This document shows positions 52,801-63,537 of a stretch of DNA of 64,000 nt, piece by piece. The stretch comes from Catajapyx aquilonaris (Eukaryota): positions 62,001 through 126,000 of the forward strand of contig KZ537977.1 in the NCBI GenBank assembly GCA_000934665.2, given 5' to 3'. The position numbers and the translations under genes were made by a program. The number at the start of each line of letters is the position of its first letter. The stretch's first letter is position 1. The notes beneath the pieces were generated by a model that did not search any database, was not told the DNA's origin, and worked only from the letters and a program-made list of their open reading frames with translations.

Positions 52801-54007
52801 GTATGATATACAGGACAGCTTCGGTGACGCTTGCGAGAGGTGGCGTTGCCCCCGATTCAAGTTGGGGCGGAGGCCATAAGATGGCGAAGAAAAAAAAATT
52901 GTGTTGTCCTGTTTCGAGTTAAAGGAGACGAGACTAATGAGACTCTCGTCCCTATCGATGACCCTCTAGGTACTTTTACGATATGCGAACATGCTGTGGG
53001 GCCTTGTAAGAGGTTCCGAGCGTGTAGGCGGAAGGGTGGAGAAACTGACAGCTACGGAGAATTGCACGTGTCCATCTTCGTGCTGGCTTGAAATGATTGA
53101 AAGGACTTTAGGTGGGGGCGTCTTGGCGGCCTTAAAAAAATAAATCCAAACTGGACCCCCAACCGGCAAGTCTATTGACCTATTCTTGCGAGGACTCTCA
53201 TCCTTTACCTTTCACCACCCTCTTTTGCAATAGATTGTCCGTCGAATTTTTTAGTGGCACGTACAGCGTGCGTAGTGAAAAATTGAGCTATCCTATCATT
53301 TTCTGCCATAAAAGACATATGGAAGTGAACAGCGGCAATAAACATGTCCAGGGGCAATGAGGCTGCTGCCGAACTGCCATTTTTTCCTCCTCCTTAACCT
53401 CCCTCAAGGAAGACTTCCTTGGGGACCATCATAGCTAGAAAGATAAATATGTTCCGCAGGCCATCTCAAGTCGACCAAAATGGCCGTGGAGGGAATCTTA
53501 TTGCCCTCTGATTGCGCTTGTAAACCGCTTCAGACCTCTTTTCGTGGGAATAGACCGCTTATATCAGTCAGACCTTGCCAGACCAACTGGAGGACAAATG
53601 ACCAGCATTTCACGGATTTTCACCTTCGCGCGATAAATGAAAATTTTCCGATTACGGCAAAAAGATCCCGGCCATCTGGTAAAAAGAGGAACGAAGGCAT
53701 GTCGTGATCCGCAGCCCAGGGGCACAGCACCTGCTCCAAAGTGCATTATGCTGCCTTTCGTGCCAAACGGCAATTTAGCCCCCTTCCCCCTCGACCCCTT
53801 CTTTAGATGCAACCCCCTTTTCCTTACTCGAAAATGAGCAAATTGGAGGACAATTTAAGAGGGCAAATTCTGGTTTTCGGGTCGCCCCAGAGGCTGTATT
53901 GTGTAGGATGAACCCCACAACTTTCAGGGGTGAATCATTCATCACGATTGTTTCTGTCTCCACCCACCTTGTAATATGTTTCTCACATTGAAAAATCTTG
54001 GTTACAG
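37876..54007 (+). other. Inferred 16.1-kb GT-AG intron (intron 1)
   Basis: GTAAGT...TTACAG ends with phase-1 compatibility; no convincing + strand coding exon found inside. Confidence 0.6.
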
Positions 54008-54560
54008 CGGACAACCAGTCGGAGGGCGAAGCGGGTGGTGAGAGCGAGAGTATCAGGAGAAGAAGCGGAACCCCCTCGAGCGGAAGCGTGGCAGGCATCC
54101 GCCAGAGGAAGAAGAAGACGCCGACCCTGTCCAGGAGCAGCGTGTCCGGCGAGAACACAGTGAACGGGGTGGGTCGGGGCAGTATGCCAGTGGACTCTTC
54201 CTCGCACATAAAGGCAGAGCGATTCAGCCCCGAGCTTGGCCCCGAGTCGTCCTCCAGAAGCGTGAGCAGCGGGTCTCCAGCCAGTCCGTCCCCGCTGCAG
54301 GCAACAGGCGGTCGGCTTTTACCTGGCTGCAACCCGCGACCCCCGTCCTACCCTGGGACACCCCCAGGGGCAGCGGCCTTCACCCCTCCCGTGCCAGACA
54401 GGTTCAGTCCAGCCTCCCTGGCCGGATCAGGGGTCCAGCAGCAACCTTCCTCCCAGCATCCTCCACAGCCGCTCAAGCAAATGGAGCAGATGATGACCAG
54501 AAACTACAGCGATTTTATGCGCAGTCTGGCCGCCAAGTATAATAACAGCAATCCCAATGA
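54008..54560 (+). CDS. Samuel: Internal coding exon: Ser/Pro-rich region, RQRKKK basic cluster, IKAERFSP motif, PLKQMEQMMTRNYSDFMRSLAAKYNNSNPN block
   Basis: Lies within ORF 53998-54564 and is GC-rich with coding-like codon use. Acceptor TTACAG|CG at 54007; donor GA|GTAAGT at 54561 (phase 2). The C-terminal block resembles a motif I recall from arthropod Samuel-type SAM proteins. Confidence 0.88.
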
Positions 54561-57397
54561 GTAAGTACTTGCCCTTTGCAACCTCGACACGTCCAGATCG
54601 CTTTGCACGGCCGGCTCTTAACGTCGTCGTTTTGATGGTAATCATGCGGTACATACACACCTGAGGGTTCTCATTTGCGTGGGGGTTTTTTCTGCCTGAA
54701 AATGTGCATTCTCGGTTTTCCCAGTAAGGATTTTTATAGCATACGCGGTATTTGAGTAGGTCATTATCAAAACCAGGCTATCTTTTTCGGACGGTGTCTC
54801 TATACCTTGACGTGGGGCTTGCGTTTCTCCAGTGACCCCAAGAGCTATGTCGGCGGTAGCTTCGTCTACTGGGAGGGCCATTCAAGTAGGATATAGGTCG
54901 GATAGGAGACTTTCCTCTCTTCATTTTTCTCTTCATTTCTGTCTCCATCTGTCCCACCTTTGCATATAGTCTTCTAATAGCCAGATAGCCATAGTTGCTT
55001 TGGCTCCTTCTTAATAAACCAAACCATTCTTCTTCGGTACGAATCCTTCAGAATATAGGATTTCAGATTTAGTGAGTCTTTTTACGGCCAGGTCGCAATG
55101 GGAGGTGGACCGGAGGTGAAAATGTTCCATAATATTGGAAATATAAATTTAGCGTTGAGTAACCAGGAATAGACACTTATGACAAAATGAAATAGCCCAT
55201 GTTTTGATAATGACCTGCTCATTTATAAGAGATAGAAACCATTTTCTATACAAAAATGTGCCAGCAGTTTTGAGCTAAAGACATGTCCAACCCCGAATTA
55301 CCGCATGAAAATATCGATATCCATACCGTTATCGCATCTGTACGCCCCTTATATTTTTCCGGATAGGTTTACTGTCCAGAGGCTGCTCTTAAGTCATACA
55401 CCATGATAAAGTGCAATCCCGAAAATGGATGCAGCACTGCATGCGTATCCTTATGGATGCTATCAAACATTCGAGCGTGAAGTGAGAGATATATCGTGGT
55501 GATAACCGCCCCCTTTCCAGCTCGTTTGCAATCATACATACTTTTTTTTTTGGTCCTTAGCTCCTCCTTCTTCTTCTCCCCCAAGTTTTCTCCTGGAAAT
55601 AAAAAATGGCTACGGACACTTGGCAACCGGATCGGCCTTTTGCCCTGGAAATATATGGGCTTTGTGAAGGGGGCGATCCCCGCGGTGCAAATCTGGGCGT
55701 GAACACTCGCGCCGAAACTGCAAAACCCGCCCCAGGAAGTGACCTAGGAGAGTTTTTTTTTTCTCCAACTGGATTGCTCGAGATCTGTAGCTTCAACAGG
55801 GTGGGGAAGACAAATTCATCCCTCCTCTTTGCAAGCCTACCTCACCATATTTCCATCGTGTCCAAGGAAAGATATTTCAGCCTTAAGTCCTTAAGGACGA
55901 ACATTTTTAAAAAAATGAAGGATAGCTCCAGGGAAGATTATCCTGGATGAAAAAGTGTCCAATTTTATTGACCTTGGTTGTCACTCCCAGGGGGCTGACA
56001 GTGACAGAAAATGGTGAAATTCATTGCCAAAAAAGGATTAAGACGTTAGGACACTCGGGTCCAATTTGTTTCAATGTAGAATTAATGTCTCTTTTTTTCT
56101 TCTTTTTTACTTTGTGGGAGACATGTCCGAATCAGGCTGGTGATAAAGTGTGTTGGAGTAGCCCGGCTCTTCAGGTTTCCGTAACTGCTAACCGGGATTC
56201 AGGCAGCTTTTACTCAAGATTTCAGTGACTTACAAAGACCCCTCTTGACGTTTTGATAAATTAACGCGGGTCGTGCTTGGAAAATAATGACCAAATTTCA
56301 ATGAACAAGCTGGAAGTCTCCGCCTTTTATATTCCATAAAAAGGGTAAAACTTGATACGTATCTGGCCAATTGTGCGGTTATTTCGCGGACAAGTGATGC
56401 AGATGTTGGTGCGGAAAAGATAGCCATCGGATAGGAGTCGTGGGTAGTGTTGATGGGGGTTGAGGCGGACCATCTTTGTGCTTTGGAAGTGGCGAAGAGA
56501 ATCATGGAGTGTAATATATTAGAGTCCAGCGATGAAGTGTGTGATGGCTGAAAGAGAAGAATGTGCAGTGGCGCACTTGCTAACTTCCAATTTTATTTTT
56601 TTTGGTGGTCTTCTGACCGCCGGACATCCAACCACACGGTAAAGTTGGCCGTGCCACTTCTTTTTACACATGATCCCAACTCTTGCCCCAGTCTGACCTG
56701 AGCCTCATTAGTTTTATCTCATATTGTCGGCTTCTCGTAAGCATTTGTAATTGCTTTCTTCGCTTTGGGCAGGTGGCTAACAAATGGATGAGGCCAACAA
56801 AGGAACGGTCTGAGAGAGATAGAAACGCTTCGGTCTTGTGATTCTTCCCGGTTTGATTTATAGGTTCGGTCCGAAAATACGAGACAAAAAAAAGGTGGAC
56901 AGCTCGAGTTCAACATGTCGTTAGCAGAGAGCGACTGCTGTTTGGCAGGACCGCGATGGGAAGAGTCATTTGAAGCATGTCGATCCTTCACTGCCATCCT
57001 GTGGTTTACCGAGTTGCTTTGTTTGTACCCACGCACTAATTCGAACACAAGTAGTCAAAACAAGCTGTTGACAATAGGATCGGCTATTTTAATATGAAAT
57101 GTAAGACGCCCAAAAGCCCCTGCGCAGTGTACTTCCCGATGGACAGGAGAGACGCATAGGTTTCAGAGTGTCAGGATGAATGAGGCTCGTCACTTGAAAT
57201 ATTGCATAAAATTCCATTTCTCAGCGACGTTTCCGTTGCGCACAAGATAAATTACATAATAACACAGGTCACGCTGCGGTGTGCAGGGAAATTCCGTTAT
57301 TCCAATATCTGCAGAACAAAGGTCGCTGTGTCTGTCATTTTTTTGCATTTCCAGGTCCATTGGTTCATGTTTGTAAACAGCAATGATTTCGTTGCAG
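54561..57397 (+). other. 2.84-kb GT-AG intron (intron 2)
   Basis: GTAAGT...TTGCAG ends; phase 2 joins NPN-E-YFNN in frame. Confidence 0.85.
54753..55221. repeat. Degenerate inverted-repeat pair, probably an old foldback/MITE remnant in intron 2
   Basis: TGAGTAGGTCATTATCAAAAC (54753-54773) matches the reverse complement of GTTTTGATAATGACCTGCTCA (55201-55221) at 20/21 positions, with patchy similarity (GGCTAT, GTGTCT) continuing inward. Confidence 0.7.
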
Positions 57398-58142
57398 GTA
57401 CTTCAACAACAGCCGCAATGGCTTCTTGTCCGGACTGGACACCCGGTTCGGCTTCAAGCCCGCCTCGACCCCTCTCCTGGGGCTGGGGTCATTCGCAAGT
57501 CCCCTCAACACCGGAAAAGAATCAAGCGAGACATCCCGCAAGTCCGACGTCTCGTCTCCGTCCAACGCCGCGGCAGTCGCAGCAGCAGCCGCTGCCGCCG
57601 CAGCGACCAACAACTCTCTTCTGTCCAACTTCAACAACTTTCCACTGATCGACATGAGCTCTACCCAAGCCCTTCTGAACATGGTCCGTTCGGCCAGCGC
57701 CCACAGTGCCTCCCAGCTGGAGACCTACTTGAAAGGCGCCATCAAGAGGCCTCACGACGGTGCCTTGCCTTCCACCACCAGCCCATTGGACCTGTCCAGC
57801 GTCAGCAAGAAGCCCAGGACGGACTCCACGGGCGGGTTCGTGGCCCCGCTGCTGGTTGGCCCCGGGGCCGGACTCAGACTGCCACTCAGTGACAGTGTCG
57901 AGTTGGACTCCAGCAGAAGCAAGGAGAGCAAGAGCGTGTCGCCCAAACCGGCTCGTGGTAACACACCGTCGTCATCCGCGTCATCAGCGTCGTCGACGTC
58001 CCAGCAGCAGCCCAACCCTTGCATGTCCCTATGTGCAGACAAGGCTTGCTCCTCTGAAGGTGCTTCCGACGTGGCGCTCTGGACAGTACAAGACGTCTGC
58101 CACTTTGTCGCTACCATTGATCTCTGTGCCGAATACGTCGAG
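57398..58142 (+). CDS. Samuel: Internal coding exon: poly-Ala, FPLIDMSSTQALLNMVR block, LETYLKG, PLDLS CtBP motif, N-terminal part of SAM domain (WTVQDVCHFVATIDLCAEYVE)
   Basis: Acceptor TTGCAG|G at 57397 gives GA+G = Glu, then YFNNSRNGF in frame with ORF 57426-58163. Donor GAG|GTGAGT at 58143 (phase 0). W-T-V-x-D-V-x-x-F-V is the classic start of a Polycomb-class (Ph/Scm/SAMD7-11-like) SAM domain. Confidence 0.9.
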
Positions 58143-59569
58143 GTGAGTACCGTACTTGAATAATGAAGGGCTACCTTTCTCACGACGTTACAACGGGACG
58201 AACCGCACGCAAAAATGGAGTAAGAAAGATTTGTGGGGGCTCCGAACATGTAGAGTGGATTGCAATTGATTTAAATTTCAATTCCGTGTGCACAGACCTG
58301 CCACTGCGGTCTGGTGAGTCCGAACAATCCCATTGTAAAAGTTTCTACCCCCAGCTTTTAAAGTACGGGGCCCTGAACAAGCGAAACAATTATACCGCTT
58401 CGAGACCCTAAACACGAGCGCACGACAAATGCTCCTCCCAAGGAAAATCCATTCCTAACACGTTCCGTTCTCTCCGGAACATCTCACTCTGCATGGCAGC
58501 AATAGCATGAACTTCTGCACCTAATGAAGTGAGCAAAAAGAAATGGCGACGACGGTCATTTTGGACAGGAAAATGGCTGGGAAACTAGGAATTCGCCCCA
58601 GCAACTGTCCAGAAGTCAATGCTCCTTGTTGCATTATGCATTCATGCAAGATTTTCCTGCACTTGCTTAGGACCTGTTACACTCGTCTCTTGCCTGGGCA
58701 TGCATCAACATGCTGTGTTTATTAGAAGGAGAAGAAAACTTTTTTGGCGAATAATTCTTTAGCAAATGTGATGACATGTGGTATCCAGAATAGCCGTCAT
58801 AGTTGGGCCACCTACCGAGGGGCTACTGGGCCATTAATTTGTTCCCCATATTTCTTCCCTTTTTGTCTCAAATTGTCAAGATGTATTGATCGAGAACACC
58901 TGTGGGACTTCCTGCTTTATTTATCAAGTGTCCGCTCCCTGAATAACTGGTTCCGACGGAGCTATTACCGCGGGAATTTACTGACATTAAACGTCACGCA
59001 GTGTGCAAAAAGGGGCCGTGTGTCCTATTTCATTTCTGCACCTATCGGCATAAATTTTGCAGTTATGGGGGCCAGAGTTGCGACATCGGAGCGGCCGATA
59101 AGAATCTTCGCCCATATAGTAGTATAATACGCACAGCAACTGAGTGGAGATAAACAAAATGCGCCGGTTCTAAATGCTTGTCTCAAGCGAACAATGAAGC
59201 GGTTTTATGGTTCGCATCGGCGTCTTTGAATCCATCAGGGCGACTTTTAATTGGCCGAGCAGGTACAGCTAACTCAATCCGATCCGCGGCCGAGATAAAA
59301 ACGCTCTATCGGCAGGAAGGCAGTTAACCGGCGACTCTATGCAAATGAGGGCTAAAAACATCCCTCAAAAACTTGACACGCATATCATTATACACACTCT
59401 GCCTTAAAACGCTTGTCTACATTATGTGACATAAACGCATAACATCACCCACTGAAACCACACACCTTATATAGCACGTATAGAATGGATGACAAGGTGC
59501 GTTATTTTAAGTTCATGTAATAGACTTAAAATTAGTATGCATTTAAAAAATATATCCGCACATTATTTT

Positions 59570-59694
59570 TAGGCTTGTGATTTATAGTATAAATTTTATC
59601 ATGTTGTCTACTATATTCTGTTACCTTATAGATTCTATAAGGTAACCGAATAGTAGACTACAGGATAAAATTTATACTATAAATCACAGGCCTA
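59570..59694. repeat. 125-bp near-perfect palindrome / foldback hairpin
   Basis: The left arm TAGGCTTGTGATTTATAGTATAAATTTTATC...GTTACCTTATAG is the reverse complement of the right arm CTATAAGGTAAC...GATAAAATTTATACTATAAATCACAGGCCTA. Arms are about 60 bp with 4 mismatches and one 2-nt indel; the centre is ATT. Confidence 0.92.
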
Positions 59695-62600
59695 CATATA
59701 GATTATAATATTTATCATTTAATTGATGTGTAGGGTATTATTGATAAATATATTATGCTATACAGTATTATTTTCTTGTGTAATATATTGATGTGTTATT
59801 TATTTGTAGTAATAATTTATAAGATGTCGTTTGTTTATTAAGTTATATTATTGCATTTATTTTATGCATTATTGTAGACTTATGCTGTATCATTTGGTAT
59901 TTAGACCCTATAGTTCACTGTAGACGTACATGATTTATTATTTAATGTTGGTGCGTGGTTTATTGGGCAGAGATTGCGTAATTTTGCACGTACTAGTTTT
60001 GAGTGGAATTCTCGGTTGAGGATGGGACGGCTGGGTCAAAGGTCGAGTGTCAAGTGCCTCGTCGCGTCGCGCGGAAACGCATGGCAGGAAATCCGGCAGC
60101 CGCGGTGCGTAATGAATCGCTCGTGACAGGCCGGCCTGCCATTAGCCACTGAAGACCCGACAATCATTTCATTTGCCGTTATTACCGACTATTTAAGAGT
60201 TTGTCACGTTTGTGGCTAGGAGGACGAGGGGGTAATTACGCAATTAGGGGGCGTGTTTCTGATCGCTGCAAGGTTTTTTTTTTTCAGCATATAGGTAGGA
60301 CCGGGTCCAAAAAAGGGATCTTCAAGGGGATATAAGTGCAATCCGGCAACCTTGGCCTATGGAGCTGCTCCTTTTGTACGAATCTCCGGCCAAGGGGTCA
60401 TCGCGTAATAAAACCACACCCCCGTTCCATGAACGACCTGAATATGGACGCGGAAAGGTCCGGCTGAAGTGTAGGACGGCCCTTTTTTTTCTTCTTTTCT
60501 TCGGTCGTTCCCATTAGTGATGGCAGACCATTGGCACAAGTTGAGCCCTCTTCAAACCGCAGCGGGTGGTAAATCGGTCACATGTACTTTTTTTTCCAAC
60601 GCTTATTTTTGGCATTGTAGATATTGTGATGCGGTCGGTCGTGAGCATGAACAATCGACTGGTGTTGCAATGGAGGAAAAAAAAGCTATGCAGTAAAAAG
60701 GCAACAATGATGGTTTTGACATGCAGGGTGGAAAATTGTTGCTGGGCAATTTGAGGCCTGCTTTGGTTACGGAATTACCTGTGTGTATCGGTGCATTGAG
60801 TCACTGAATGTACTTGTTCAAGGCCTGCTAAAATTACCGTGTAATTAACGTTGCGATTTATTATAATTACATAATTACAAACAATTCGTGCGCCAATCTT
60901 AATGGCGAATTACTACTGACTTTTTGGAACGATGAAACAACATAATAGCAGCTGTCTATATATATTTTTGGTTTGTGGCTCAGTGTGGCACCAGCTGGAC
61001 CACCTGAAAGGGTCCATCTTTGGAAGACAAAAGGACGTTTGCACAGGGATGGCGGCAAAGTTTACACAAGCGCCACCAAGTGTTGACCCAAGCCCCGGAG
61101 AATATTGGCCAGGGACGATTGTGTACAAGTATACTACGTGCCCCTTTTTTCTTTTCTTTTGCTTCTTATTTTTTTTCTTTTCTTCGTTCTACCCCCACCT
61201 CCTCAGCCGTGTTTTACGAAGGGCCTTTGGGGACGGTACATTCCTTTCTCATCAGCAGGAGAGTGTTAGCCGGCGTTGTCTCCAGGCTGTTTTTGCCCCT
61301 CGGAAGGGCGGGGACGGCCGCGGGTCAAGTGACGGCGTTCGGAGTGCCTTGGCCCCAGAGCTTGCAAGGTCCTTTCCACCTCTATAATTGGCCATTACGC
61401 GGGGAAAAGTTAATGGCCTGGCCATCCGTCTCTGGGGGGCGCCCGGGACAGGTGCCTTCAGAGGCCGAAGGTCACCACCCCACCAAATTCTAGTACTTTT
61501 TACGTTTAGGGTCATTTTTTGATATCCCAGACTAAAGCGATGGACCGCCGTCTGTGGGTGGGTGTTGGCTTGACTTGAGCCCAGGAGGAAGTCGCGGTGA
61601 GATGACCGGAGCAGGATGCCCTGACCGTGACTTCGAACCAGGCCGAGTTCGTTAGTATATAATACACGGCCCGACAGCCCCCCATGAGAAAAAGTGCTCC
61701 AGCCCGCATTCTGGAAACGTGTTGTGTCATCTAGCTCGGATTTTTCTGCTTCTCAAACCCCCCTGCAACTTTTGCCTATTGTACAGGAGGAAGCTTGATC
61801 CAACCCGTTTTTCCCTTTGATTTCGCGTGCTATTCGGTCACGACTTGAGGATTATCCGGATGCTAAATTTTTTTTAAAAACGTTTCACTGTGTCCTGTTG
61901 GCTGCCACGCTGTCTCCTGGTCTCCTCTTGAATGGGCTTTAATTTCTAGACGATCCTCCAAGGCAGTGCCACTGGAATTGAGGAGGCTTGTTCGTTGTTT
62001 ATCCTCACTTATGGGACTCCAGCTGAGAACTTGCCTCATCGGTATGTACGGAGCCATTGAGAGATATCCCCCCGTCTCGTCCGGTGTACAACAACTGCGA
62101 ATATATTGTTTGCTTTGGGGATAGCAGACGCAGAGCACGACCGCGGGAGGCAATAATTCAGCGATGACACCGGCTCCAATATTCATTAGGATAGTGGGCA
62201 AGTGAGAGGAAGGGGAGGCTGCTGCCTTTATTTCATTCTTATGCTAATAAGTTGCTTGCATAGGGAAGAATACTGGGTCGTTTTCCAGGATTGCCATAAA
62301 TCCAAGTCGCGTCGCATGCATTGACACGACGGGACAAACACGGCTGTCAGAGTTGTCCGACGGATGCCATGCTGCGAATCAACACCTGTGAGGACACCAC
62401 GCGAACAAACATGCTGTGAACAGAAATCCATGTATATATGAACGCCAATATTCGCATACCTGCAGCGAAAATGATCTCCCGAACAGAGGAGATGCTGGGC
62501 CATTCATCCGTGGCATAGTTACATAATAAGAACGCTTACTAAATAAATGAACGGGAGGAAGGTAATCTGTGGGAGAGGGGGCGTAATTACCCCCGGCTGC

Positions 62601-63025
62601 ATGCCGTGTACATGTAGTTGTGGTCCGGCTGATAGACCCCGCCTCTACTGCTGCCTCCTTCGCCCAGAGTCATTCGGCCCCGACCTAACCCCCCCCCCCC
62701 NCCCCCCTTCAGTCCTGACTCTGTAATCAAGCATATTGAACTCCAGATGGGCCGGCTGTTATTGCAGTCTGAAAATTACAGACGTAAGCTCAGAGTTTGG
62801 AAAGATTTCGATCGGGGCCTGAGCGGCCGCGAGGGGTGGGGTTCAAGCACTGCTGCTGTGCCTACAGGGCCCTCAGAAAAATGCTCCATCCGTGCATAGG
62901 AGGAAGATACGGAAATTAGTTGGTATTTCCAGGAGGTCGATCTTGATACTTTGCGGTCCGTTGGTGTCTGCTGCTTCATGCTTGGATGGCCTGGATACCC
63001 GGCATTTAACGAAAATCGAAATGGA

Positions 63026-63164
63026 TGAAATATCGGATATATCGATATAGTGACTGAAATATCGGACTTATCGATATAGTGGCTGAAATATTGGACTTAT
63101 CGATATAGTGGCTGAAATATCGGAATTATCGATATAGTGACTGAAATATCGGATTTATCGATAT
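63026..63164. repeat. 29-bp minisatellite, about 4.8 copies (TGAAATATCGGACTTATCGATATAGTGRC)
   Basis: Units start at 63026, 63055, 63084, 63113 and 63142; each contains TATCGATA. Confidence 0.93.
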
Positions 63165-63495
63165 TTTGGGGTGTCTTTCGTAAAGTGACTACCCGTGACA
63201 TGGGGTGGAGGGTTTGCACGACAGATCGGAGAAGCGATACATATTTTTTTGACCAGGTCGGCAGTAATTCGCGCGGGGCATCACGGGTTGTGAAGGGGGC
63301 AGCTGCCGAAGGAATTCCCGGGCCGCCTCCTTGGATCCTCAACCCTTTTGTCTTGGGGCCGAGGCCTCTCGCGGTGTGAAAAGGCAGCCGCCCGGATGGT
63401 TCCACGGGAGAGATTAATTACCCTGCTTTTGAATAGAGGGCTCCCACCAGGCCCCTGCACGGGGGCCCCCCCTCAGCCCCCCAGAGCCCCGTGGG

Positions 63496-63537
63496 CTTCT
63501 TCTTCTTCTTCTTCTTCTTCTTCTCCTCCTCCTTCTT
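63496..63537. repeat. (CTT)9 trinucleotide repeat grading into (CCT)n
   Basis: Direct read. Confidence 0.9.

Noticed and set aside
53775..54332. 185-aa minus-strand ORF
   Set aside because: Antisense shadow of exon 54008-54560.
4807..58185. About 15 Su(H)-type YGTGRGAA sites across the window
   Set aside because: Only about twice a rough chance expectation, scattered, and no paired-site architecture noticed.
57752..58249. 165-aa minus-strand ORF and other overlapping-frame ORFs at 57.2-58.2 kb
   Set aside because: Shadows of the GC-rich real exon; no recognisable domain.
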